Below, one piece after another: positions 10,802 to 20,665 of a stretch of 64,000 nt of DNA. This DNA is from an uncultured Chloroflexia bacterium (GTDB taxonomy: Bacteria > Chloroflexota > Anaerolineae > Anaerolineales > Anaerolineaceae). Each line of letters begins with the position of its first letter. The first letter of the stretch is position 1. The stretch is from assembly GCA_963802095.1 (NCBI GenBank), contig CAWDHI010000006.1:92302-156301 (forward strand), read 5' to 3'. Made by a program: the position numbers and the translations under genes. Under the pieces are notes generated by a model. The model worked only from the letters and a program-made list of their open reading frames with translations, had not been told where the DNA came from and did no database searches.

Positions 10802-10830
10802 AAAATAGCACGAAAAGGGAGGAAAGGCAA
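10802..10830 (-). promoter_or_regulatory. sigma70-like promoter TTGCCT-17-TATTTT upstream of GNAT copy 1 (one of two near-identical copies)
   Basis: The minus strand reads TTGCCTttcctcccttttcgtgcTATTTT. The 41-nt block is repeated at 11861-11901 with 35/41 identity by my hand alignment. Confidence 0.4.
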
Positions 10831-10843
10831 TCAGGCACGAGAC

Positions 10844-11300
10844 CTAACCTGTACCTGATTGGTATTTCTTGATCAGGTAAAACTCCTCCGCCGGAGGAGG
10901 GTACCCATTCGATACACCAAGAACCGAATACCCCATTTTCTGAAAAAAGCCGGGAGCTAGGAATGAAAAACAGTAGGTCTGGGAGGCAATGCAAGCCATT
11001 TTCCCTGGCGATTCTTTCCATCTCCATGCATCAACCTTCTCCCCAGGCCTTTTCCGCGGAAACCTTCGGCGATCCAGAGGTGATCAAAGATCACATTTGA
11101 AAGGGTTGTCCAGGCGGAAAGCCCGCCGATGAGTTCCTCCCGCCTGGTCTTTCAGGACCAACCTGATCTTTATACCCTTATCGCCATCCCCGACGTCCAA
11201 TTTAACATGGCGGTGCAGACCCGCATGCATGATCTTCTTATCCGCTTCGCTCACGTCCGTGGTGAGGATCAGCCCCAGAGGGATCGGGAATGCCGAGCTC
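10844..11300 (-). CDS. GNAT family N-acetyltransferase, tandem copy 2 (frame breaks; 5' end uncertain)
   Basis: ...LSAWTTLSNVIFDHLWIAEGFRGKGLGEKLMHEMERIAREN... and ...CFSFLAPGFFQKMGYSVLGV...EEFYLIKKY read across frames. No clean start codon found. Confidence 0.55.
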
Positions 11301-11779
11301 CCTGCTGTTGGCTTGATCCGCTGATAAGCGCTTCATGAATACATGCTCGGTGATCCCACCCGGGTAACCATCGTAGACACCCAAAGGTTGATACCCGATG
11401 GTTGGATAGAACCTGGGTCCCTGGAAGGAAAAGGTCCAGGTTTGGGCGGCGAAACAACCGCCCGCGAAGCCGATCTGCTCCGCAGCGAGCACAAGCTGGC
11501 CGCCGTAGCCCTTCCCGCGGAGATCCTCCGAAACCCAAAGGACCTCCAGGTGCATCACCCTGAATACGGTACTGGCGATTACCCCGCCCAGAACTTGCCC
11601 GTCGGCGTCCTTCAGTGCCAGGGCGATCTCAATGTCCGGTTGGTCGATTTCCCCGCGGGTTTGGATGCGCTTCTCTTCATCGATCGAATTTTGAACCCAT
11701 TCCATCTCTTGACCAGCGTGGGATCATCCCGGATGGAAAAGGTTTGACCTTCCAACAAAAACGAGGTATTTGAGGGCAT
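11238..11779 (-). CDS. GNAT family N-acetyltransferase, tandem copy 3 (frame break near 11710)
   Basis: ORF 11238-11705 has ...LWVSEDLRGKGYGGQLVLAAEQ...TWTFSFQGPRFYPTIGYQPLGV...HVFMKRL. An upstream ATG at 11779 with RBS AGAGGAGAAG gives MPSNTSFLLEGQTFSIRDD in another frame. Confidence 0.65.
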
Positions 11780-11864
11780 GGAAGTCTTCTCCTCTGAAAG
11801 AAGGATCCGCTGGGCGGCTCAACGGCGCGATTCACCCACCGCCTTCGCAGGATGTTGTTGCATA

Positions 11865-11893
11865 AAAATAGCACGGAACGGGGGTAAAGGCAA
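11865..11893 (-). promoter_or_regulatory. second copy of the TTGCCT-17-TATTTT promoter, upstream of GNAT copy 3
   Basis: The minus strand reads TTGCCTttacccccgttccgtgcTATTTT, with the same hexamers and spacing as 10802-10830. Confidence 0.4.
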
Positions 11894-12075
11894 TATGGCA
11901 CAGCTCTGGCCGTAATTGCGTCGCGTTATCGCGAAATTTGCGTCCCCTTGTTGGGTGCACTCCCGGACGCATCTTCCGGGAGAGGAGGGCGTAGCCCGAA
12001 GCGGCAATCTCACCAGTATCCGAAGGAGGTGGAAAAGAGCGCGGGGGGGTTGGGCTACGATTCTTACTACAACTT

Positions 12076-12564
12076 TTAGAGTTTCTGAACAGAACCAGAG
12101 CCAGCCATAACCCATAATAGATCGTCTGTTGCTCTAATTACTGCTGGATTATTATTTTTTGGGTCCACAAACACTTCCACTTGACTTTCATCGTTGAGAT
12201 ACATATCAACGCTGCAAGATGGGGGATACAACCTGGTTTTCCAGCGCTCAGAAGTATTTTTATCCCACCGGGTCAAATACGCGAAATAATCCGTAGAATC
12301 CGAATCGTTTATCTTTTCAATTTTCATTTGCATTGAAGTTGGGGATATATTTTTGTAGATCCATAACAGACGCTGTTTACGCTGAAAAATGACAATAATG
12401 AAAGCAATTCCCATGACGATGAATATCCAACCCACTATTTGAAGAATGAGATCTTGTTTTTCATTCAAAAAGAAGAAACCAAGAATGACAAGACCTAAGC
12501 TAATGAATTGGCCAAGTAAAAAATATTGGTGGAATTTTTTTAAACTCAACCTTTCATTACCCAT
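12076..12564 (-). CDS. hypothetical membrane protein in a low-GC islet
   Basis: 162-aa intact ORF. Two TM helices then a soluble C-terminal domain. Markedly AT-rich compared with flanking sequence. Confidence 0.5.
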   Translation of the reverse strand: MGNERLSLKKFHQYFLLGQFISLGLVILGFFFLNEKQDLILQIVGWIFIVMGIAFIIVIFQRKQRLLWIYKNISPTSMQMKIEKINDSDSTDYFAYLTRWDKNTSERWKTRLYPPSCSVDMYLNDESQVEVFVDPKNNNPAVIRATDDLLWVMAGSGSVQKL

Positions 12565-12713
12565 TTTTCCTCCATTTTCTGTATTTTGTTCACCAAATGA
12601 CGATTAATTATATTCCTTTGGGAAGAAAAACGCCCAACGACACTTGCACGTGCAGCTAGTGCAGGTGAGTTATCCCATGAAAAGACAACCTCTTTATTGG
12701 AGAGTTTTTTTGT

Positions 12714-12749
12714 GAGATTGCCACGACCCCTGCGGGGTCTCGCAATGAC
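12714..12749. repeat. REP-like two-tier palindromic element (...ATTGC..GACCCC-TGC-GGGGTC..GCAATGAC)
   Basis: Stem pairs read by hand: 12725-12730 with 12734-12739, and 12717-12721 with 12742-12746. The ...TCGCAATGAC end resembles dispersed palindromic repeats seen in Chloroflexi and cyanobacteria (recollection). Confidence 0.35.
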
Positions 12750-12800
12750 GGGAACTTCGCAGGGCTTGCATTGGCAACCAGCCTAATATTTCCCTGTTTT

Positions 12801-13724
12801 TCAACCCAGGGGCTTATCCCAGGCGCGCAGCACGTCGTGCTCGTCGAAGCCGACGGAATGATAGAAGCGCTGAGGACCCTCTTCCTCGGAATTGACGAAA
12901 GCCAGCAGGCAGCCCAGGCGCTGCAGACGGCTCAGGCCTTCCAGCAGGCAGGCGCGCCCCAGCCCCAGGCGCTGGTAATCGGGCACTGTGGCCACCGGCT
13001 CGTAGTAGGCAGTGCGGGTGACATCGTCGTACCAGATAGTGCAGAAGGAGGCGATGGTGCCATCGGGGGCGGCGGCGACGATATCCAGGTCGCGGCGGTA
13101 GAGCGGGCAGCGCTGGATATTGCGGTACCACTCCCAGCCTTCGTACTTTTCATCCGGTTCGTCGGGGTGGAAGCCGCGCCAGGATGCCCAGCTGCGCGCG
13201 GGCAGCTCCTCCGCACCGCCCAGCGAGCGGATGGTGAAACCGGGCGGGATGGGGGCATCCGGCACGGGGCGGGAAAGAAGGCGGCGGTTCTGGGTTTCCC
13301 TATCTTCGGAAAGGACATACCCGCGCTTGCGCAAGATCCCCTCGCGCAGTTCATCCCCCTCGTGGGCGTGGATGCGCGCGCCCCAGCGGCTGCCCGGCTC
13401 GGACTTTGCTAGGGTCTCCTCCGCGGCGCGGATCATCTCCTCCTCCAGCTCCGCGGTGCGGTGGCGGGGGTGCACCTGCAGGTAGAAGCTGTTGCGGTTT
13501 TCAGCGTTGAGGATCGCGGCGATCCCGCCCGAGGAGGTTTCCCAGAGGAGCGAGTTGCCCTCGAAGGGATCCATACCGCAGTTGGTGATGCCGTGCCAGC
13601 GCCAGTAATCCCAGCGGGCAACGTGCCAGGAGTGCTCGCGCAGGCCGTTGAGCAGCATCACCTCGTGCAGGAAGGCGCGCGCACGCCAGAAATCGGAGTC
13701 GGTTTGGAGAAGGCGCATCATCAT
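12801..13724 (-). CDS. GNAT family N-acetyltransferase (307 aa, two-lobed)
   Basis: Intact ORF. ...VATVPDYQRLGLGRACLLEGLSRLQRLG...FYHSVGF... Confidence 0.75.
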   Translation of the reverse strand: MMMRLLQTDSDFWRARAFLHEVMLLNGLREHSWHVARWDYWRWHGITNCGMDPFEGNSLLWETSSGGIAAILNAENRNSFYLQVHPRHRTAELEEEMIRAAEETLAKSEPGSRWGARIHAHEGDELREGILRKRGYVLSEDRETQNRRLLSRPVPDAPIPPGFTIRSLGGAEELPARSWASWRGFHPDEPDEKYEGWEWYRNIQRCPLYRRDLDIVAAAPDGTIASFCTIWYDDVTRTAYYEPVATVPDYQRLGLGRACLLEGLSRLQRLGCLLAFVNSEEEGPQRFYHSVGFDEHDVLRAWDKPLG

Positions 13725-13815
13725 TACCTGACGGAAAGGTTGAGATTATTTTCCCGGTTCTTTTCCGTGGGGAGAAAGAAAAAGCCAGGGACGCAACCGG
13801 TCTCCGACCTATGCC

Positions 13816-14682
13816 TTAATTAGAATTAAGCCCGAACTTACGCGTCAGTAGAATGCTTTTCCAATAACCTTCTCTCTCAAAGATATATTTTTCAGATGCC
13901 TGCGTATCTATTACCTCAAGGATTGAGAAGTGGAAATTATTAGCATAATCCAATCCCTTATCATTTAGTAAATTCATAAGGTCTTTATTCCCACCATGTT
14001 TTGTTTCACAATAATTATTAAACCTTTGCCATATCCCGCCCTCCCCCTTTGCACATCCAACATACATTTTTCCTGTGTTTCCGTCGGCAATTAGATAAAT
14101 CCCATAAACATTTGATAGTGCGGATTTCCAAGATTCAACCTGATTTTTCGTAATAACGCAAAGGGTTTTATATTGAATACTTATGTTATGAAAACCCGGA
14201 AATTCTCCAATGGATAATGGTTCAGGCATAATTTCCAGTATCATAATAAATTTTGAATACTTATCTCCCCATATATATGACGCGCGGGATGGCCGCTTGA
14301 AGAAGACAATGATTCTGCCAATAATATCTTCTTGATTGGGTATGAGTTCAGTGCGATAACGGAAGGGTTGTTCAACCCCTTTTTCAACTCCTAATACCTT
14401 GTAAACCCCTGCGAAAACCCATCGATTATTTCCTAGACTTACTAAGGACAGAATGTGAGTACAAGGAAAATTCTTGTTATTTTGTCCTTCTTGCCAATCT
14501 TTAAACTCACCCCTGATAAAAGCTTCATATGCGGGAGGATTTTCCCCAGTCGCCAAATGAATTTTGTGATCATTCAAAGGAATATTTTTAATATTTAAAA
14601 CATCAATTAGTCGTAGCATAATTGGCTCCGAAATTTTCTTGAAACGATTGACGATTTGAGCATTATCACTTGACGAAATCAA
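13816..14682 (-). CDS. GIY-YIG nuclease domain protein with uncharacterised ~170-aa N-terminal domain
   Basis: C-terminus ...VYGIYLIADGNTGKMYVGCAKGEGGIWQRFNNY...EREGYWKSILLTRKFGLN is a GIY-YIG core. Low GC. TTG start (alternative MLRLIDV). Confidence 0.75.
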   Translation of the reverse strand: MISSSDNAQIVNRFKKISEPIMLRLIDVLNIKNIPLNDHKIHLATGENPPAYEAFIRGEFKDWQEGQNNKNFPCTHILSLVSLGNNRWVFAGVYKVLGVEKGVEQPFRYRTELIPNQEDIIGRIIVFFKRPSRASYIWGDKYSKFIMILEIMPEPLSIGEFPGFHNISIQYKTLCVITKNQVESWKSALSNVYGIYLIADGNTGKMYVGCAKGEGGIWQRFNNYCETKHGGNKDLMNLLNDKGLDYANNFHFSILEVIDTQASEKYIFEREGYWKSILLTRKFGLNSN

Positions 14683-14768
14683 AGCACTACGAATTCAAGA
14701 ATATTATAAAAAAACGAAAACTTGAATTCAAACATTGGTAATACAAAGCGTCCCTGCCCTACGCTTGA

Positions 14769-15686
14769 TCATGTGTTTTCGCCAAAATAATCTGAATCCA
14801 AATCCTTCAATTCATACGTCGACCGGGTAGTTACCCCTACCCCATAATCTATCATCAGATCCGTTAATTTTTTACCATCGATTAAGATAACTTTAAGTTC
14901 AATATTTCCTGCATACTCCCAAGCTTCTTTTGAGAAATTGGCAGTTGTTAAATATATTCCTCTTCTTGCGCGCTTTCCGGTCAATGCCCCAACGAACTTT
15001 TGGATTTCCGGCCTTCCTATCGTGCTGGATTTTTCCCATCGTTTTGCCTGAACGTATATCGTTTCTAAACCCAACTTATCTTCATCAATAATCCCATCGA
15101 TACCCTCATCGCCTCTTTGACCGACTGCACGGGCTGCATCCCTTCGAGACCCCCCATATCCCATGTTCACCAACAGGTCGATCACTAGCTTTTCAAAAAA
15201 CCCTGGGGTACTCTTATACGCATAATCCAACAACTTTTCCGATAAATCACTCCTAATTCTTTGATATGAGGATTCAAGAATTTCTTCCGGGGTCAGTTCA
15301 TCGAATTCGTCTGGTCGGCCATTCCCATCGCCTCCACCGTGACTTCTTTCCTGAAAGCTCCGAAAATCATCAAATTGCATAAGGAATATTTTATCAATTC
15401 TCGACGGATTTGTTTTTAATACTTCTTTTCCCCTAGTAGTAATTTGAAAATATCCTCTTGTTGGACCTTCCAGTAATCCGGCCTTTTTCATGTAGGTTTT
15501 TGCCCAACCGACCCTGTTATCAAAAATTGGCTGTTGACCGCTGGGGAGGAGAACAGATCTTTCTTCTTCGGAAAGCTTGAATTGATCTGCAAGGTTGTTT
15601 ACTGCATCATGGATATTATGAGGCTCTCCGTCTTTTGCCAGGAGAAGTAAGGGAAGCATAATTGTTTGAAAATCAGGTATAGACAT
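14769..15686 (-). CDS. mrr: Mrr-family (type IV, modification-dependent) restriction endonuclease
   Basis: Mrr_N-like wHTH (MSIPDFQTIMLPLLLLAKDGEPHNIHDAV...) plus the Mrr catalytic core ...GDEGIDGIIDEDKLGLETIYVQAKRW...GIYLTTANFSKEA... Confidence 0.9.
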   Translation of the reverse strand: MSIPDFQTIMLPLLLLAKDGEPHNIHDAVNNLADQFKLSEEERSVLLPSGQQPIFDNRVGWAKTYMKKAGLLEGPTRGYFQITTRGKEVLKTNPSRIDKIFLMQFDDFRSFQERSHGGGDGNGRPDEFDELTPEEILESSYQRIRSDLSEKLLDYAYKSTPGFFEKLVIDLLVNMGYGGSRRDAARAVGQRGDEGIDGIIDEDKLGLETIYVQAKRWEKSSTIGRPEIQKFVGALTGKRARRGIYLTTANFSKEAWEYAGNIELKVILIDGKKLTDLMIDYGVGVTTRSTYELKDLDSDYFGENT

Positions 15687-15885
15687 AGATCCTCATTTCA
15701 CTTTTTGTGATAAACGAATGATTATTCTCACCTCATATTATTGCATAAAACCATGCATTGCTATGGATAAGATCCATACTGCTCGATAATAAATAATGAT
15801 ATCGAATAGGGAAAAATCGGTAAGCAAAAATGGTGAGATTGGAGTGGAAATAATGCCGGAGTCGCAATCGGTTCCCAATCCTCGT

Positions 15886-16278
15886 CTAGATATTTATATA
15901 TCGAATAGGGTTTTGTGCTCCCAGGGGAAAATAATCTCGAATATTCTTCCCCAGATATTTATTTCTGATTTGATCTTCCGCGATTTCTCCAACAAATTCA
16001 AACCTGTTTTCTTTTTCCGATTCCGTGAATTTTCTCCAGGTATATTCGGTCGTTCCTGCTTCCACCCAATCATGAATTGAGAAGACCTCAACTACGGTTC
16101 CCTGAAAAACAGCGAGGGCATATTTCGCGCTTTTTGCCCGTTCTGGGTTCAATCTCCAAATTCCCCTCGTGATTTCATAAAGATCATCCTGGGTGAGATT
16201 ATCCTGGAAAAGCCTATTGATATTTATTAAAATCACTTTTTCTGAAATGCGAACGCTTGTCTCATAATTTCGATCCAT
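15886..16278 (-). CDS. hypothetical protein, first gene of the low-GC nuclease islet
   Basis: 130-aa intact ORF co-oriented with mrr. ...TRGIWRLNPERAKSAKYALAVFQGTVVEVFSI...NPIRYINI. No family recognised. Confidence 0.45.
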   Translation of the reverse strand: MDRNYETSVRISEKVILININRLFQDNLTQDDLYEITRGIWRLNPERAKSAKYALAVFQGTVVEVFSIHDWVEAGTTEYTWRKFTESEKENRFEFVGEIAEDQIRNKYLGKNIRDYFPLGAQNPIRYINI

Positions 16279-16346
16279 ATTTTCCCTCCTTTGTTGATTT
16301 TCTTGAATAAATAATTATAGATTTTTGATAATTTCCCGCAAGCGAC

Positions 16347-17244
16347 TTACCACCCCACCCAGCTTGCCTGCAGGCCCTCCCCCACCAGACCGGCGGGTGG
16401 GCTGAAAGGCGCATCGATATTCCTACCTCACTTCGATCGAGCGGATCAGCGCGTCCAGTTTTTCCAGGTCCGGGGTGAAGCTCGCTTCTGATTGCGCGTT
16501 CAGCCAGGCAGTCATTTCCGCCAGGTAGCTGGCGTAATAGCCCGGGTCGGCGGTGATGGCGTTGATCATCTCCTCATCCGGGCTGGTTTCAGCACCGAGG
16601 TCCGGGTGGGTGACGGGCAGGACGGCCGAGACGTAGTATTTGCCGTCGCTTGTCAGACACTGGAAGGTATAGACCAGGGCGGAATTATTGACCGGGGCCA
16701 GCCCATTGCCGGCCTGGGTGAGAAAGCGCACCCCGCTGCCGCCCTGGAAATCCAGGTAGTCCACCCGCGCGAGGAGGATCTCCTTGGTGCTGGCCAGGAG
16801 CGGCAGGTAGGGGATCTGCTCGCCGGGCTGGCGGCTCTGCAGCAGGGCTTGCAGGTCCGCGGCAGCTTCCCCCATACGCTCGTTGGCAGCGGCCAGGTCG
16901 GCGACCTGGTAGATGAAGACCTGCGGTTGAAGGAGGTGATCCGCAACGGGATAGCCCTGCATGGTCAGCCTTCGGAACTCAGGCGCGCCCTCCCAATTTG
17001 GCGCATCCGGGGCGGCTGGCTGGGCAGGCACGGTTTCGAGGGTGGCAGCCTGCGCCACGGTGGAGTAATCCAGGGAAACCCCGGGTTGAATTTCGCTGGA
17101 AAGTTCGGTGGGCTGCGACGGTGGCTGGGTAGGCTCCGGGCTGGCGGCCGGAACGGTTAGGGCGGCTGGCTGGCAGGCAGCCAGCAGGAGGATGGCGGCG
17201 AGCATTACGAATAAGGCAGTGCGGGGCGATGGACGTGCGGTCAT
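16347..17244 (-). CDS. hypothetical lipoprotein (as-assembled ORF stops at 16423; a 1-nt shift would add a 26-aa tail ending at 16347)
   Basis: Signal/lipobox ...ALFVMLAAILLLAAC. Right after the TAG at 16423-16425 another frame reads GRNIDAPFSPPAGLVGEGLQASWVGW-stop, matching the C-terminal tail of the neighbouring anti-sigma protein. Confidence 0.55.
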
Positions 17245-17355
17245 GGGTTGGTTCTCTCTTTCAATTTTTATATCGGCCATTCAAACCAAAATTCTATAAA
17301 TTTTAGTGCAAAGCGGTTTTTCCCCTGGGTCAATTGGGTGGGGAGAATACATCTT

Positions 17356-20007
17356 TCACCACCCCACCCAGGTGATCTGCAGGCCGGATTCCACCAGCCC
17401 GGCGGGGAGGGCAAAGGGGGAGGAACCCGCGCCGGTGATGAGATCCACCACCTTGAGCGCTTTGCCACCGTCCTCGATCCAGGAAATCAGTTTCCCTTCG
17501 GTTGAAAAAGCCACGTTCCCGAAGCTCTCCGCCAGACCCAGGCTCTTGATGCTGTCATCCGAGCAGGTTCAGGCGCGCAGTTCCGCCCGGGGACCCTCGC
17601 CCGGGTTGCGGCGCGCCCCGGCCAGCCAGGTGCCATCCGGGGAAAGGGCGATATCGGTGAATTCGGGCGGCAGGTTGCGCGCCGCGGAGATGCCGCCATC
17701 GGGCACGATGACGGTGCACAGGTTGTAGGCGTTGGGGTCCATGCCCGCATCCTGGCAGGTGGAGCGCAGCGAGCGCCCGTCGCCATTCCAAGCGAAACCA
17801 TTGGTTATCGGTGGGCGATCCGCGCATCAGGTCGCGCAGGCTGGTGGTGGGGGTGTTCTTGAGTACATCCACCAGGTAGATATGCGCGCTGCTGTGCTCA
17901 GCGGAGGTACCGGCGAAGGCAATGCGCGGCTCGTTGGGCGACCAGGCACCGCGGAAGAGGCTACATCCCCTCGGGTAAAACGAAGGGCTTGGCGCTGCAG
18001 CCCCTGCGCGGAGGAGCAACCCTCGAGCGCCAGGGTGTTGTGGGCGAAGCCATCTCCGGTCTGGGCGTTGGCCATGCAGATGAAGTAGAGCAGCGTGCCA
18101 TCGGCGGAGAAGGCGGGCATCTGCAGGAAGGGCACGGGTCCGTAGAGCAGCGTGGGGCGCGCATCGGCAAAGCGCAGGCGGAAGACGCGCGCATCCGCGG
18201 CGACCTCCGCATTGGCTTCCGCCGGATCGCCGGTGACGTAGTCGATGCCGAGCTTATCCGGATGGACCTTTACCGAGATCACCCGGCCGGGCAGGACGGC
18301 AACTCGCTGGGGCTGGAAGCCGGATTCGGGGCTGGCGGCGTAGAGCTCGCTGGCGGCGCCGTTCCAGTAGGTGAAGAGCAGGTCGCCGCTCTGGATGGCG
18401 CGCCTGTCGTAGAAGTAGGTATCCAAATTCAGCGGTTGGGCAGTCAGCGCGGCGGCGAAGCCGGACTGGGACTGCGCGGCGACCTGGGTTGGCTCCGTGA
18501 GCCTGGGCGAGGCTGGGTTGGGGAAGATGAAGTCGAAGGGTCCGCGCGCGGCCAGGATGGCGCCGGTGACTGGCACGCGCAGGATGCTATTCTTGATTGC
18601 GCCGGTTCGCGGATCGATCAGCTCGAAGGTGGCTTCCAACCGGGTGCCATCGAAGCCGTAACCGAAACCGCCCTCAATGCCCTCCGGCTGGCCCAGCTCC
18701 ACGGCGGTGACCACCTTGCCATCCACCTCCTGCACGGGAGGGGTGGTGAGCTTGAGGGTCAGGCTCGTGGTGCCATCGCCGAGAAGCTCCGCGCGGGTGA
18801 AGCGCACGGTCTGCCCGCCCACTTCGACGGGAAGATCCACGTCCCAGGCTGCGCTGGGCTGGAGATCGGAGCCGAGGTCGATCTCAAAGCTCTGCGGGGC
18901 GGGTACGCGCATATACACCGCGGGCAGGCTGAGGTGGTAGCGCGTATCCCCGGGGGCGGCGGGGGCGAAGAAGAGCACGCGCTGGTTCTCCCCCAGCGCA
19001 CCGGGATCAAAACCCGAGGGCGGGGAGGAGAGCGGGTACGCGTTCCCCAAGGTATCGCGGAGGGCGGGATAGACGGAGGTGTCGAGCGGATCGGTCATGA
19101 AGGGGTCGAAATCCGGGCTCATCTTCCAGGCGCTGAAGGAGCTGATCTCCAGCAGCAATTGGGTTTCTGAATCCGTGAAAGCCGACTGCAGGCAGACCTG
19201 GATATCCGCTTTGGTATCGCAAACCGGCAGGGTGGGGGCAGGTTCCACGACGGCTGCGGGGGTGCCAGGCAGCGGCGTGGGGACGGGGAAGGTGACCACC
19301 AGTTCGGTGGAGGGCAGACCGGCATCCCGGGCGGGGATCCAATCCAGCTGCAGCCGCCAGCCCTGCGGGAGTGCCAAAATGGCGGGGGTGGCCTCGAGGG
19401 ATAGGGCGGGGAAGAGCAGGTAACCGCCGGTGGGGTTGGCGTCATCTGGCAGCCACTGCCAGAAGCGGGCATCGATGCGCTCGCCATTGGGTTTGATCAA
19501 CCAGGCGCCCTCCAGGGGGATGGGGCTGCCGTCGAACTCCAGCCAGAGCTCGGTCTTTTCCCCGCGGGTGAGCCCGCGGGCAACGGTGAGGCGCTGTCCA
19601 TCGTGCTCCTGGGTGATGGGGCCAGCGAGCACGCGGGATTCATCCATCAGGATGAAGCCGGCGCCGGGCAGGTAGCTGTAGCCGAACAGGCGGCTGACCG
19701 AAGCGATCACCGGCTGGCGGAAGACGAAGAGCAGCAGCAGGATGACCGCGGGCAGACCGAAGGCCAGCAGGCGGCGCAGCGTACGGTGGGTAGAGGCGGG
19801 CTGGGTTTTGGCGGAGGCACTCGCAAGCAGGCGGGCGCGCAGGGAGTGGCGCATCTTGGATTCGGGGCTGAGATCCAGGGCGGCCAGGTGCGTGGCTGCA
19901 TCCAGGGCGGGCCGGTCGGCGGGATCCACCGCTTCCGAGGAGGGAGACTGGATGCCCAGGTGGGCATCGAGCTCGCGGTTGAAACGGTCGATGCGTTCAG
20001 CGTCCAT
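17356..20007 (-). CDS. anti-sigma factor with large extracytoplasmic region and C-terminal PD40/TolB-like beta-propeller (at least 3 frame breaks in the last ~650 nt)
   Basis: The start overlaps the ECF sigma stop. One TM (LLAFGLPAVILLLLFVF). C-terminal pieces ...WSPNEPRIAFAG... and ...ALSPDGTWLAG... sit in other frames. Ends ...PAGLVESGLQITWVGW-stop at 17356. Confidence 0.7.
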
Positions 20008-20578
20008 CGGGTGCCTCCTTTTCCAGGATCCGCTGGAGGTCGTGCAGGGCGCGGTAGAGGATCACGCCCACGTTGCTTTCGGTGAGGGCGGTAACCGCGG
20101 CGATCTCGCGGTTGGTCAGGCGGGCGAAGAACTTGAGGGCAACGAGCTCACGGGAGCGGTCATCGAGGGCTAGCAGGGCGCGGAAGAGGGCGGCGCGCTC
20201 CTCGTTCTGCTCGGCGGAGCGCTCGGGCGAGGGGGCAGGGCTGGGCGGCTCGGGGATAGCATCCAGCGGGGTTTCGCGGGCTTTGCGCCAGTGGTTGAGA
20301 ACCGTGTTGCGGGCGATGGTGAGGACCCAGGGGGCAAAGGCAGCGCGGGCGGGGTCGAAGGTGGCGAAGGCGCGCAGGGCTTTTTCGAAGGTTTGCGAGG
20401 TGAGGTCATCCGCCAGGTCGGCATCCATAACCCGGGCGCGAATATAGTTGTAGACCGCCGCGAAGTGGCGGTCATAGAGCGAAGCAAAGCCCTCCCGCTC
20501 GGGTGCGGTGGTGCGGGTGGCGTTCTGGGTTGGGCTGCGGCTCAAGAAAAATTCTCCGGCATGGAAGCTCACATCCAT
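19997..20578 (-). CDS. ECF-type RNA polymerase sigma-70 factor
   Basis: Region 2 ...FASLYDRHFAAVYNYIRARV...ADDLTSQTFEKAL... and region 4 ...LALDDRSRELVALKFFARLTNREIAAVTALTESNVGVILYRAL... Confidence 0.9.
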   Translation of the reverse strand: MDVSFHAGEFFLSRSPTQNATRTTAPEREGFASLYDRHFAAVYNYIRARVMDADLADDLTSQTFEKALRAFATFDPARAAFAPWVLTIARNTVLNHWRKARETPLDAIPEPPSPAPSPERSAEQNEERAALFRALLALDDRSRELVALKFFARLTNREIAAVTALTESNVGVILYRALHDLQRILEKEAPDGR

Positions 20579-20665
20579 TAATACCCGCGTGCGGAATAAG
20601 TATTACATCCGGTAGGGCACGGGAAATATTCTATAATGGTATCAGTTTTCAGATTGGAGGCAACC

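Noticed and set aside
17989-19170. 393-aa plus-strand ORF
   Set aside because: Antisense to the anti-sigma factor gene. Gly/Arg/Glu-rich low-complexity translation without motifs.
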